From Nemertoderma westbladi (lineage: Eukaryota; Animalia; Xenacoelomorpha), in assembly GCA_032718475.1 (NCBI GenBank), contig JAUCBJ010004655.1, positions 1 through 64,000 of the forward strand: 64,000 nucleotides of DNA. Reading direction: 5' to 3'. The notes under the pieces are model-generated. The model ran no database searches. It was not told the origin of the DNA and saw only the letters and a list, made by a program, of their open reading frames with translations. Positions 1 through 13,000 of this stretch are shown piece after piece. A program made the position numbers and the translations under genes. Position 1 is the first letter of the stretch; each line of letters begins with the position of its first letter.

Positions 1-3000
1 TACAGGGTTCCATTGGTTTGGAGGGGAAACGCACTCAGTATACAGGGTTCCATTGGTTTGGAGGGGAAACGCACTCAGTATACAGGGTTCCATTGGTTTG
101 GAGGGGAAACGCACTCAGTATACAGGGTTCCATTGGTTTGGAGGGGAAACGCACTCAGTATACAGGGTTCCATTGGTTTGGAGGGGAAACGCACTCAGTA
201 TACAGGGTTCCATTGGTTTGGAGGGGAAACGCACTCAGTATACAGGGTTCCATTGGTTTGGAGGGGAAACGCACTCAGTATACAGGGTTCCATTGGTTTG
301 GAGGGGAAACGCACTCAGTATACAGGGTTCCATTGGTTTGGAGGGGAAACGCACTCAGTATACAGGGTTCCATTGGTTTGGAGGGGAAACGCACTCAGTA
401 TACAGGGTTCCATTGGTTTGGAGGGGAAACGCACTCAGTATACAGGGTTCCATTGGTTTGGAGGGGAAACGCACTCAGTATACAGGGTTCCATTGGTTTG
501 GAGGGGAAACGCACTCAGTATACAGGGTTCCATTGGTTTGGAGGGGAAACGCACTCAGTATACAGGGTTCCATTGGTTTGGAGGGGAAACGCACTCAGTA
601 TACAGGGTTCCATTGGTTTGGAGGGGAAACGCACTCAGTATACAGGGTTCCATTGGTTTGGAGGGGAAACGCACTCAGTATACAGGGTTCCATTGGTTTT
701 GAGGGGAAACGCACTCAGTATACAGGGTTCCATTGGTTTGGAGGGGAAACGCACTCAGTATACAGGGTTCCATTGGTTTGGAGGGGAGACGCACTCAGTA
801 TACAGGGTTCCATTGGTTTGGAGGGGAAGACGCACTCAGTATACAGGGTTCCATTGGTTTGGAGGGGAAACGCACTCAGTATACAGGGTTCCATTGGTTT
901 GGAGGGGAAACGCACTCAGTATACAGGGTTCCATTGGTTTGGAGGGGAAACGCACTCAGTATACAGGGTTCCATTGGTTTGGAGGGGAAACGCACTCAGT
1001 ATACAGGGTTCCATTGGTTTGGAGGGGAAACGCACTCAGTATACAGGGTTCCATTGGTTTGGAGGGGAAACGCACTCAGTATACAGGGTTCCATTGGTTT
1101 GGAGGGGAAACGCACTCAGTATACAGGGTTCCATTGGTTTGGAGGGGAAACGCACTCAGTATACAGGGTTCCATTGGTTTGGAGGGGAAACGCACTCAGT
1201 ATACAGGGTTCCATTGGTTTGGAGGGGAAACGCACTCAGTATACAGGGTTCCATTGGTTTGGAGGGGAAACGCACTCAGTATACAGGGTTCCATTGGTTT
1301 GGAGGGGAAACGCACTCAGTATACAGGGTTCCATTGGTTTGGAGGGGAAACGCACTCAGTATACAGGGTTCCATTGGTTTGGAGGGGAAACGCACTCAGT
1401 ATACAGGGTTCCATTGGTTTGGAGGGGAAACGCACTCAGTGTACAGGGTTCCATTGGTTTGGAGGGGAGACGCACTCAGTATACAGGGTTCCATTGGTTT
1501 GGAGGGGAAACGCACTCAGTATACAGGGTTCCATTGGTTTGGAGGGGAAACGCACTCAGTATACAGGGTTCCATTGGTTTGGAGGGGAAACGCACTCAGT
1601 ATACAGGGTTCCATTGGTTTGGAGGGGAAACGCACTCAGTATACAGGGTTCCATTGGTTTGGAGGGGAAACGCACTCAGTATACAGGGTTCCATTGGTTT
1701 GGAGGGGAAACGCACTCAGTATACAGGGTTCCATTGGTTTGGAGGGGAAACGCACTCAGTATACAGGGTTCCATTGGTTTGGAGGGGAACGCACTCAGTG
1801 TACAGGGTTCCATTGGTTTGGAGGGGAGACGCACTCAGTATACAGGGTTCCATTGGTTTGGAGGGGAAACGCACTCAGTATACAGGGTTCCATTGGTTTG
1901 GAGGGGAAACGCACTCAGTATACAGGGTTCCATTGGTTTGGAGGGGAAACGCACTCAGTATACAGGGTTCCATTGGTTTGGAGGGGAAACGCACTCAGTA
2001 TACAGGGTTCCATTGGTTTGGAGGGGAAACGCACTCAGTATACAGGGTTCCATTGGTTTGGAGGGGAAACGCACTCAGTATACAGGGTTCCATTGGTTTG
2101 GAGGGGAGACGCACTCAGTATACAGGGTTCCATTGGTTTGGAGGGGAACGCACTCAGTATACAGGGTTCCATTGGTTTGGAGGGGAAACGCACTCAGTAT
2201 ACAGGGTTCCATTGGTTTGGAGGGGAAACGCACTCAGTATACAGGGTTCCATTGGTTTGGAGGGGAAACGCACTCAGTATACAGGGTTCCATTGGTTTGG
2301 AGGGGAAACGCACTCAGTGTACAGGGTTCCATTGGTTTGGAGGGGAAACGCACTCAGTATACAGGGTTCCATTGGTTTGGAGGGGAAACGCACTCAGTAT
2401 ACAGGGTTCCATTGGTTTGGAGGGGAAACGCACTCAGTATACAGGGTTCCATTGGTTTGGAGGGGAAACGCACTCAGTATACAGGGTTCCATTGGTTTGG
2501 AGGGGAAACGCACTCAGTATACAGGGTTCCATTGGTTTGGAGGGGAAACGCACTCAGTATACAGGGTTCCATTGGTTTGGAGGGGAAACGCACTCAGTAT
2601 ACAGGGTTCCATTGGTTTGGAGGGGAAACGCACTCAGTATACAGGGTTCCATTGGTTTGGAGGGGAAACGCACTCAGTATACAGGGTTCCATTGGTTTGG
2701 AGGGGAAACGCACTCAGTATACAGGGTTCCATTGGTGTGGAGGGGAAACGCACTCAGTATACAGGGTTCCATTGGTTTGGAGGGGAAACGCACTCAGTAT
2801 ACAGGGTTCCATTGGTTTGGAGGGGAAACGCACTCAGTATACAGGGTTCCATTGGTTTGGAGGGGAAACGCACTCAGTATACAGGGTTCCATTGGTTTGG
2901 AGGGGAAACGCACTCAGTATACAGGGTTCCATTGGTTTGGAGGGGAAACGCACTCAGTATACAGGGTTCCATTGGTTTGGAGGGGAAACGCACTCAGTAT

Positions 3001-6000
3001 ACAGGGTTCCATTGGTTTGGAGGGGAAACGCACTCAGTATACAGGGTTCCATTGGTTTGGAGGGGAAACGCACTCAGTATACAGGGTTCCATTGGTTTGG
3101 AGGGGAGACGCACTCAGTATACAGGGTTCCATTGGTTTGGAGGGGAAGCGCACTCAGTATACAGGGTTCCATTGGTTTGGAGGGGAAACGCACTCAGTAT
3201 ACAGGGTTCCATTGGTTTGGAGGGGAAACGCACTCAGTATACAGGGTTCCATTGGTTTGGAGGGGAAACGCACTCAGTATACAGGGTTCCATTGGTTTGG
3301 AGGGGAAACGCACTCAGTATACAGGGTTCCATTGGTTTGGAGGGGAAACGCACTCAGTATACAGGTTCCATTGGTTTGGAGGGGAAACGCACTCAGTATA
3401 CAGGGTTCCATTGGTTTGGAGGGGAGACGCACTCAGTATACAGGGTTCCATTGGTTTGGAGGGGAAACGCACTCAGTATACAGGGTTCCATTGGTTTGGA
3501 GGGGAGACGCACTCAGTATACAGGGTTCCATTGGTTTGGAGGGGAAACGCACTCAGTATACAGGGTTCCATTGGTTTGGAGGGGAAACGCACTCAGTATA
3601 CAGGGTTCCATTGGTTTGGAGGGGAAACGCATTCAGTATACAGGGTTCCATTGGTGTGGAGGGGAAACGCACTCAGTATACAGGGTTCCATTGGTTTGGA
3701 GGGGAAACGCACTCAGTATACAGGGTTCCATTGGTTTGGAGGGGAGACGCACTCAGTATACAGGGTTCCATTGGTTTGGAGGGGAGACGCACTCAGTATA
3801 CAGGGTTCCATTGGTTTGGAGGGGAGACGCACTCAGTATACAGGGTTCCATTGGTTTGGAGGGGAAACGCATTCAGTATACAGGGTTCCATTGGTTTGGA
3901 GGGGAGACGCACTCAGTATACAGGGTTCCATTGGTTTGGAGGGGAAACGCACTCAGTATACAGGGTTCCATTGGTTTGGAGGGGAGACGCACTCAGTATA
4001 CAGGGTTCCATTGGTTTGGAGGGGAGACGCACTCAGTATACAGGGTTCCATTGGTTTGGAGGGGAGACGCACTCAGTATACAGGGTTCCATTGGTTTGGA
4101 GGGGAGACGCACTCAGTATACAGGGTTCCATTGGTTTGGAGGGGAGACGCACTCAGTATACAGGGTTCCATTGGTTTGGAGGGGAGACGCACTCAGTATA
4201 CAGGGTTCCATTGGTTTGGAGGGGAGACGCACTCAGTATACAGGGTTCCATTGGTTTGGAGGGGAGACGCACTCAGTATACAGGGTTCCATTGGTTTGGA
4301 GGGGAGACGCACTCAGTATACAGGGTTCCATTGGTTTGGAGGTGAGACGCACTCAGTATACAGGGTTCCATTGGTTTGGAGGGGAGACGCACTCAGTATA
4401 CAGGGTTCCATTGGTTTGGAGGGGAGACGCACTCAGTATACAGGGTTCCATTGGTTTGGAGGGGAGACGCACTCAGTATACAGGGTTCCATTGGTTTGGA
4501 GGGGAGACGCACTCAGTATACAGGGTTCCATTGGTTTGGAGGGGAAACGCACTCAGTATACAGGGTTCCATTGGTTTGGAGGGGAAACGCACTCAGTGTA
4601 CAGGGTTCCATTGGTTTGGAGGGGAAGCGCACTCAGTGTACAGGGTTCCATTGGTTTGGAGGGGAGACGCACTCAGTATACAGGGTTCCATTGGTTTGGA
4701 GGGGAAGCGCACTCAGTATACAGGGTTCCATTGGTTTGGAGGGGAGACGCACTCAGTATACAGGGTTCCATTGGTTTGGAGGGGAAACGCACTCAGTATA
4801 CAGGGTTCCATTGGTTTGGAGGGGAAACGCACTCAGTATACAGGGTTCCATTGGTTTGGAGGGGAAACGCACTCAGTATACAGGGTTCCATTGGTTTGGA
4901 GGGGAAACGCACTCAGTATACAGGGTTCCATTGGTTTGGAGGGGAGACGCACTCAGTATACAGGGTTCCATTGGTTTGGAGGGGAGACGCACTCAGTATA
5001 CAGGGTTCCATTGGTTTGGAGGGGAAACGCACTCAGTATACAGGGTTCCATTGGTTTGGAGGGGAAACGCATTCAGTATACAGGGTTCCATTGGTGTGGA
5101 GGGGAAGCGCACTCAGTGTACAAGGTTCCATTGGTGTGGAGGGGAAACGCACTCAGTATACAGGGTTCCATTGGTTTGGAGGGGAAACGCACTCATTATA
5201 CAGGGTTCCATTGGTTTGGAGGGGAAACGCACTCAGTATACAGGGTTCCATTGGTTTGGAGGGGAGACGCACTCATTATACAGGGTTCCATTGGTTTGGA
5301 GGGGAAACGCACTCAGTATACAGGGTTCCATTGGTTTGGAGGGGAGACGCACTCAGTATACAGGGTTCCATTGGTTTGGAGGGGAAACGCACTCAGTATA
5401 CAGGGTTCCATTGGTTTGGAGGGGAGACGCACTCAGTGTACAGGGTTCCATTGGTTTGGAGGGGAAACGCACTCAGTATACAGGGTTCCATTGGTTTGGA
5501 GGGGAGACGCACTCATTATACAGGGTTCCATTGGTTTGGAGGGGAAACGCACTCAGTATACAGGGTTCCATTGGTTTGGAGGGGAGACGCACTCAGTATA
5601 CAGGGTTCCATTGGTTTGGAGGGGAAACGCACTCAGTATACAGGGTTCCATTGGTTTGGAGGGGAAACGCATTCAGTATACAGGGTTCCATTGGTGTGGA
5701 GGGGAAACGCACTCAGTATACAGGGTTCCATTGGTTTGGAGGGGAAACGCACTCAGTATACAGGGTTCCATTGGTTTGGAGGGGAAACGCACTCAGTATA
5801 CAGGGTTCCTTTGGTTTGGAGGGGAGACGCACTCAGTATACAGGGTTCCATTGGTTTGGAGGGGAGACGCACTCAGTATACAGGGTTCCATTGGTTTGGA
5901 GGGGAAACGCACTCAGTATACAGGGTTCCATTGGTTTGGAGGGGAAACGCATTCAGTATACAGGGTTCCATTGGTTTGGAGGGGAAACGCACTCAGTATA

Positions 6001-6410
6001 CAGTGTTCCATTGGTTTGGAGGGGAAACGCACTCAGTGTACAGGGTTCCATTGGTTTGGAGAGGAAACGCACTCAGTATACAGGGTTCCATTGGTTTGGA
6101 GGGGAAACGCATTCAGTATACAGGGCTCCATTGGTTTGGAGGGGAAACGCACTCAGTATACAGGGTTCCATTGGTTTGGAGGGGAAACGCACTCAGTATA
6201 CAGGGTTCCATTGGTTTGGAGGGGAAACGCATTCAGTATACAGGGTTCCATTGGTTTGGAGGGGAAACGCATTCAGTATACAGGGCTCCATTGGTCTGGA
6301 GGGGAAACGCACTCAGTATACAGGGTTCCATTGGTTTGGAGGGGAAACGCACTCAGTATACAAGGTTTCATTGGTTTGGAGGGGAAACGCACTCAGTATA
6401 CAGGGTTCCA
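1..6410 (+). repeat. 40-bp minisatellite (TACAGGGTTCCATTGGTTTGGAGGGGAAACGCACTCAGTA), about 160 copies, runs off the window start
   Basis: Direct reading; near-perfect at the 5' side, more variants toward the 3' end. Confidence 0.98.
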
Positions 6411-6904
6411 CATGGTTTATATACATGGTTTACTGTAAAATTGATTTTCTTATTTGTTTTTACAGTCGTTCTTGGGAATTCAGTATTTTAATGTTAATTC
6501 GATTTACCGATCTGTTAATAATTAAATATTGCTATATATGTAATAGTAAAATAAATTGGATGAGGGGCGCCATATTAAATAAAAACAACTACAATTAATC
6601 ATGAAATATTGGAAAATCTCAATCTATAGTAAACCTGAATGATTTACCTAAAAAAATTGAATGATTATTGATTGTAGACCTATGGAAAAACGTCAATTAA
6701 AATATATTTTTAAAAAGAAAAAAATTTTTAAAAAAATTTTTTTTTTTTCACCATTCCAACTATTCATTGTCCGACAAGATGTGCAGATACATCCTGTCGG
6801 ACAAGATCCAATATCAATTTGGGATCGTTCACGTGAACAGAGTGGAAAAGTCTGAGTATCTATTTTATATCTTCTGTATATATTTTAGTCGACATTTTTT
6901 TTAG

Positions 6905-7078
6905 ATTGTTTCATTTACAATGGGGGGTCTGTATGGAGGTCACCTTGAATATGACGGTGTGGCAGCAGTTGAACTCAATGTTGGCATGTTTTTTAACGGT
7001 CCACACCTTTGTGGACTCTGCGGCAACTGGGATTTCGAGCCATTTAATGACTTCTTGAATCCAAATGGAGAACCCGTA
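6905..7078 (+). CDS. Exon 1 in window: C-terminal part of VWD domain
   Basis: ttag|ATT...GTA|gtaagt; IVSFTMGG..HLEYDG..LCGLCGNWD..NDFLNPNG contains the VWD CGLCGN motif. Confidence 0.9.
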
Positions 7079-10000
7079 GTAAGTTATAATAGTGTTTATG
7101 TTTTTTTTCTCTACTGATATATTTTTATAATGTAGTAAATATTTATTTTGAACCACATTTCCATAGGTAACGTTGAACTAGTTGAAAAACAAGTGTTTCT
7201 GTATAATATATACATATGTTCCACGTTATGTCTAACTAATTATGATGTATGATCGGGGAGGTGTGCACATTATTATGAATTAGTGTCAACAATCAACACA
7301 ACACAACACAACACTTACTATAGGAGATATATATGTAGGAGATTGCCACAAACATTAATTATTTTAGTTAGATATATTTTTGTAAAACTCATACAGACCA
7401 GTAGGTTGAATGCAATCATCCTTCTCGTATGGTAAATCAAACTTATCAGAAACATGGTTATATCAGCTATATCAAACATTCGTATTTTATGCAAATAATA
7501 AATAATAATGAACTAATTATTTACATATACTGATTGAAATTTAGAATCACCAGGAATTTGTTGCTGCTTGGTCCCTCGGCGATTGCGATCCTGCTGATGT
7601 ACCAGGCGGTGTGTGTGATTCGCTCACATCCTCGGAAAGACACGCTGCTGCAGAACACGAGGTTAGAATCAAAAAATTTACTTTATTTGTTAATAATTTT
7701 GTTTAAGTACAATCAGAACATTTCTTTTATGAAGAAATTATGTTATAATCGGTGAAAGTCTAACGAGTTGCCTAATTAATTTATTTGTAATTTATTTTTG
7801 TGTTTTTAATCTTTGTTGGAGAGTTGAATTTAGATATGCTAACTGTGATAACAAAAGCACGATGTCTTGAGGTTAATGTCAAGCTACTAATTAATATATA
7901 AGCTTATCATGGTTGTGCTTCACTTACACATCCTAGTTTACAGGAGTGTCATTCCTATCCATATTTAAAACTAGCCCAGACGGGAGTTTAGCCACTGGAC
8001 TTCAATTCACAGATCACCATCTGGAAATATATAAAATTATTAAGAAGCTCTTAGCTTCTTTCCTGTCTCAATTCGATTCGATTTTTGGACAACATGGTGA
8101 TGGTGAAGTAAAAAAAACGTGTTCTGGTATTTAGCTCCCTGATTGGCTAGAGCTACAATAAGGCCTGGCCTGCTATACTACAATAATATACTATTAGTAG
8201 GCACACTGGGAAAGGCTATTCAGCTGGCGGGTTAATTAATACATTACAAACTTGTGTAAGCCTACTACAGTACAGTAATATAATATTAGTTGGCACACTG
8301 GGAAGAGCTATTCAGCTGGCGGCGGGATAATACATTACATTATAAACTACTACCATAACATATAACATAGGCCTACTATATTACAATAATATACTACTAG
8401 TTGGCACACTGGGAAGAGCTATTCAGCTGGCGGGATAATACATTACAAACTACTACAATAACATAGGCCTACTATATTACTGTACAATAATATACTATTA
8501 GTTGGCACACTGGGAAGAACTATTCAGCTGGCGGGATAATACATTACAAACATCAGATTTGTTGACCCCAAAAACCTTTTAATCCCAAAAAACTACTCAG
8601 CCATATGATAAACAATTGCGATTTTTCAACTAACAAATAAATTAATTACACCTAAATCCAATACAGCAATCCAAATTGTAATATGTGAAAAATTATCGCT
8701 AATATAACATTAGTGGAAAATTATTACATTACCCTGCAGTGGAATTATATTTTGCATTAGTTACATTAATTTATCGGTATTTTTTTATCTATTTAAATTT
8801 TTGATGCGATTTCTAGTTACCGATATATAGCAATTAATGTACAACACGCCAGTGTAAATATTACTCATTCCCCATTCAGTCACAGATAGACAGATCGGCT
8901 CGACTATAGTATTAATTCACTAATTTAAATTGCATCACCAACCAAATTGTATCAGTAAAAATTATTTTTTTGACAATTGATTTTTTTGTATTACTTCTCA
9001 GTGCCCCAGTTTTCTCATTGTAGGCCTATAATTCGATTGGTGCTGCTCCTGCATCTGTTGTCTGTTATGGACGCAACAACTTCCTCTCTTACGAAAATAC
9101 CAAACAGTACGTTCGTATCAAAATCGGTTTCATTTGTCTGTAGCCGCATGAAACTGTATCGCATCAATGATCGAACTGCTTTTGGAATCAAAGCACATAT
9201 TTGAAAATTGATAATTTTGTGTCCAAGCCGATTTGAAATCCTCATAAAGTTATGCTACAGATGAATAAAATCAATTAATGTGAGAAATTAACCCAAGGAG
9301 GGGGAGGGTTCCCCCTTAGCGGCCGTCCAAGTATGACGTCAGCACTTTAGGGGTGGAGGGGGGTTGGGAAAATCTGATGACGTGCTGATGAGGGGAGGGG
9401 AGGGGGTCAGCCAAAATCTGACGTCAGCATGTTCATTTATAGGTGCTAGAAGAGGTATAGCAGAAGAGTAAATAGCTTCGAAGGCCCGTAGCACGACCTT
9501 CTGTTTCAGTTACCAGTCACCATCTTTCAGTGATTAGGACGCAAAATTTTTTTTAATCTGATTTAGGGGAGGGGGGTGGGTCAACGCCTATCTGATGACA
9601 TCTGATTTAGGGGAGGGAGGGGGTCAACATTTTGGTGAAAAGTGCAGACGTCATACTTGGACGGCCCCTTAAATATACTTTGAGTAAAACTTAAGGTGGC
9701 GTAGTCCTAGATGATTTATTCTAAATGGTGTTCCTGTTGTGGTTTCACCACATTTTTGACTATTCAATGGTAACTACTGTTTAGTGGTTTGGCTCTGGTT
9801 GAATTTCCCCTGATTTGTGAATAATAAAGCAAAATCAATATCCAAGTCAGCCGCTAGGTCAATAAATATAAGTAAGTATTTCAATATTCAGAATTCAAAA
9901 GAAAAGTTTATCATAAAATATGATGAAATATGATGGTCAATAAATATAAGTAATAAAAAGTAATGTAAAGTTTAATAACAAACAAAAATCTAAAGGAAAA

Positions 10001-13000
10001 TAATTATTGTAGTATGGGACAGATAACAAAAGTTTTCATTTTTCGAGTGCTATATTTCAAATCGTAAAATATAATACACTTCTTAATTTACTTTATTTTA
10101 CGGCATATATATAACGACGACTTAAAAAAAAACATAAATACATTATATTGACATGCGTACTATTATATATCTAAAATTTAATATACACCACGATACATTA
10201 GTTAATACATTTTATTGTCGACAGTTTATATTATACTTTAGTGCCTAGGTATTCTAAATGTGGCGAGTCTTGCGGAATGTTCCAGTATGCCATTCGTTGA
10301 AAACATCTTAATTTCCTGCTTTGAAAATATGTGCGACGCCCTTCCCGATAACCCAAGAGCCAAATGTCAATACTTCGAGGCTTTAGTACGTCTGTGTCAG
10401 AATGCAGGTGTGGTCATGCAGGGAGACTGGAGACAACAGACTTCATGTGGTTAGTATCTAATAATTAAAATAATTTTGACTAGACAATAGGCTGCAGACA
10501 ACATACTGGATGTAACAGTCTGGTTGTGGTTGTGGGTTGTATCAAATAATTCAGACTCATAACGACTGGAGACTTCAATCTGGTTGTTGGTAGTATCAAA
10601 TAACTGGGGACAGTAGCAGTCTGGTTGTTGTTAGTATCAAATAATTCAGACTCATAAAGACTAGAGACTTCAATCTGGTTGTGGGGATAGTATCAAATAA
10701 CTGGGGACAGTAGCAGTCTGGTTGTTGTTAGTATCAAATAATTCAGACTCATAAAGACTGGAGACTTCAATCTGGTTGTGGGGGTAGTATCAAATACCTG
10801 GGGACAGTAGCAGTCTGGTTGTTGTTAGTATCAAATAATTCAGACTCATAAAGACTGGAGACTTCAATCTGGTTGTGGGGGTAGTATCAAATAATTCAGA
10901 CTCATAAAGACTGGAGACTTCAATCTGGTTGTTGGTAGTATCAAATAACTGGGGACAGTAGCAGTCTGGTTGTTGTTAGTATTAAATAATTCAGACTCAT
11001 AAAGACTGGAGACTTCAATCTGGTTGTTGGTAGTATCAAATAACTGGGGACAGTAAGTAGCAGTCTGGTCGTGGGTAGTATCAAATAATTCAGACTCATA
11101 AAGACTGGAGACTTCAATCTGGTTGTGGGGGTAGTATCAAATAACTGGGGACAGTAGCAGTCTGGTTGTTGTTAGTATCAAATAATTCAGACTCCTAAAG
11201 ACTGGAGACTTCAATCTGGTTGTGGGGGTAGTATCAAATAACTGGGGACAGTAGCAGTCTGGTTGTTGTTAGTATCAAATAATTCAGACTCATCAACACT
11301 GGAGACTTCAATCTGGTTGTGGGGGTAGTATCAAATAACTGGAGACAGTAGCAGTCTGGTCGTGGGTTGTATCAAATAATTCAGACTCATAAAGACTGGA
11401 GACTTCAATCTGGTTGTTGGTAGTATATAATACTGTAACTGGGGACAGTAGCAGTCTGGTTGTTGTTAGTATCAAATAATTCAGACTCATAAAGACTGGA
11501 GACTTCAATCTGGTTGTTGGTAGTATCAAATAACTGGGGACAGTTGTAGCAGTCTGGTTGTTGTTAGTATCAAATAATTCAGACTCATAAAGACTGGAGA
11601 CTTCAATCTGGTTGTTGGTAGTATCAAATAACTGGGGACAGTAAGTAGCAGTCTGGTCGTGGGTAGTATCAAATAATTCAGACTCATAAAGACTGGAGAC
11701 TTCAATCTGGTTGTTGGTAGTATTAAATAACTGGGGACAGTAGCAGTCTGGTAGTTGTTAGTATCAAATAATTCAGACTCATAAAGACTGGAGACTTCAA
11801 TCTGGTTGTTGGTAGTATCAAATAACTGGGGACAGTTGTAGCAGTCTGGTTGTTGTTAGTATCAAATAATTCAGACTCATAAAGACTGGAGACTTCAATC
11901 TGGTTGTTGGTAGTATCAAATAACTGGGGACAGTAAGTAGCAGTCTGGTCGTGGGTAGTATCAAATAATTCAGACTCATAAAGACTGGAGACTTCAATCT
12001 GGTTGTTGGTAGTATTAAATAACTGGGGACAGTAGCAGTCTGGTTGTTGTTAGTATTAAATAATTCAGACTCATAAAGACTGGAGACTTCAATATGATTG
12101 TTGGTAGTATAAAATAACTGGGAACAGTAAGTAGCAGTCTGGTCGTGGGTAGTATCAAATAATTCAGACTCATAAAGACTGGAGACTTCAATCTGGTTGT
12201 TGGTAGTATATAATACTGTAACTGGGGACAGTAGCAGTCTGGTTGTTGTTAGTATCAAATAATTCAGACTCATAAAGACTGGAGACTTCAATCTGGTTGT
12301 TGGTAGTATCAAATAACTGGGGACAGTAGCAGTCTGGCCGTGGGTTGTATCAAATAATTCAGACTCATAAAGACTGTAGACTTCAATCTGGTTGTTGGTA
12401 GTATCAATTACCTGGGGACAGTAGCAGTCTGGTTGTTGTTAGTATCAAATAATTCAGACTCATAATGACTGGAGACTTCAATCTGGTTGTTGGTAGTATC
12501 AAATAACTGGGGACAGTTGTAGCAGTCTGGTTGATGTTAGTATCAAATAATTCAGACTCATAAAGACTGGAGACTTCAATCTGGTTGTTGGTAGTATCAA
12601 ATAACTGGGGACAGTAGCAGTCTGGTTGTTGTTAGTATTAAATAATTCAGACTCATAAAGACTGGAGACTTCAATCTGGTTGTTGGTAGTATCAAATAAC
12701 TGGGGACATTAGCAGTCTGGTTGTTGTTAGTATCAAATAATTCATACTGATAAAGACTGGAGACTTCAATCTGGTTGTGGGGGTAGTATCAAATAACTGG
12801 GGACAGTAGCAGTCTGGTTGTGGGTTGTATCAAATAACTGGGGACAATACTGTAGCAGTCTGGTTGTTGTTAGTATCAAATAATTCAGACTCAAAAAGAC
12901 TGGAGACTTCAATCTGGTTGTTGGTAGTATCAAATAACTGGGGACAGTAGCAGTCTGGTTGTTGTTAGTATTAAATAATTCAGACTCATAAAGACTGGAG

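Noticed and set aside
13-6598. Very long ORFs (up to 2157 aa) in three frames
   Set aside because: Artefact of a stop-free 40-bp unit; all frames give the same cyclic peptide; intronic position.
6765-6855. Possible small exon before 6905
   Set aside because: No good phase-0 donor; the segment is a short inverted repeat (TGTCCGACAAGAT..ATCCTGTCGGACA), more like repeat debris.
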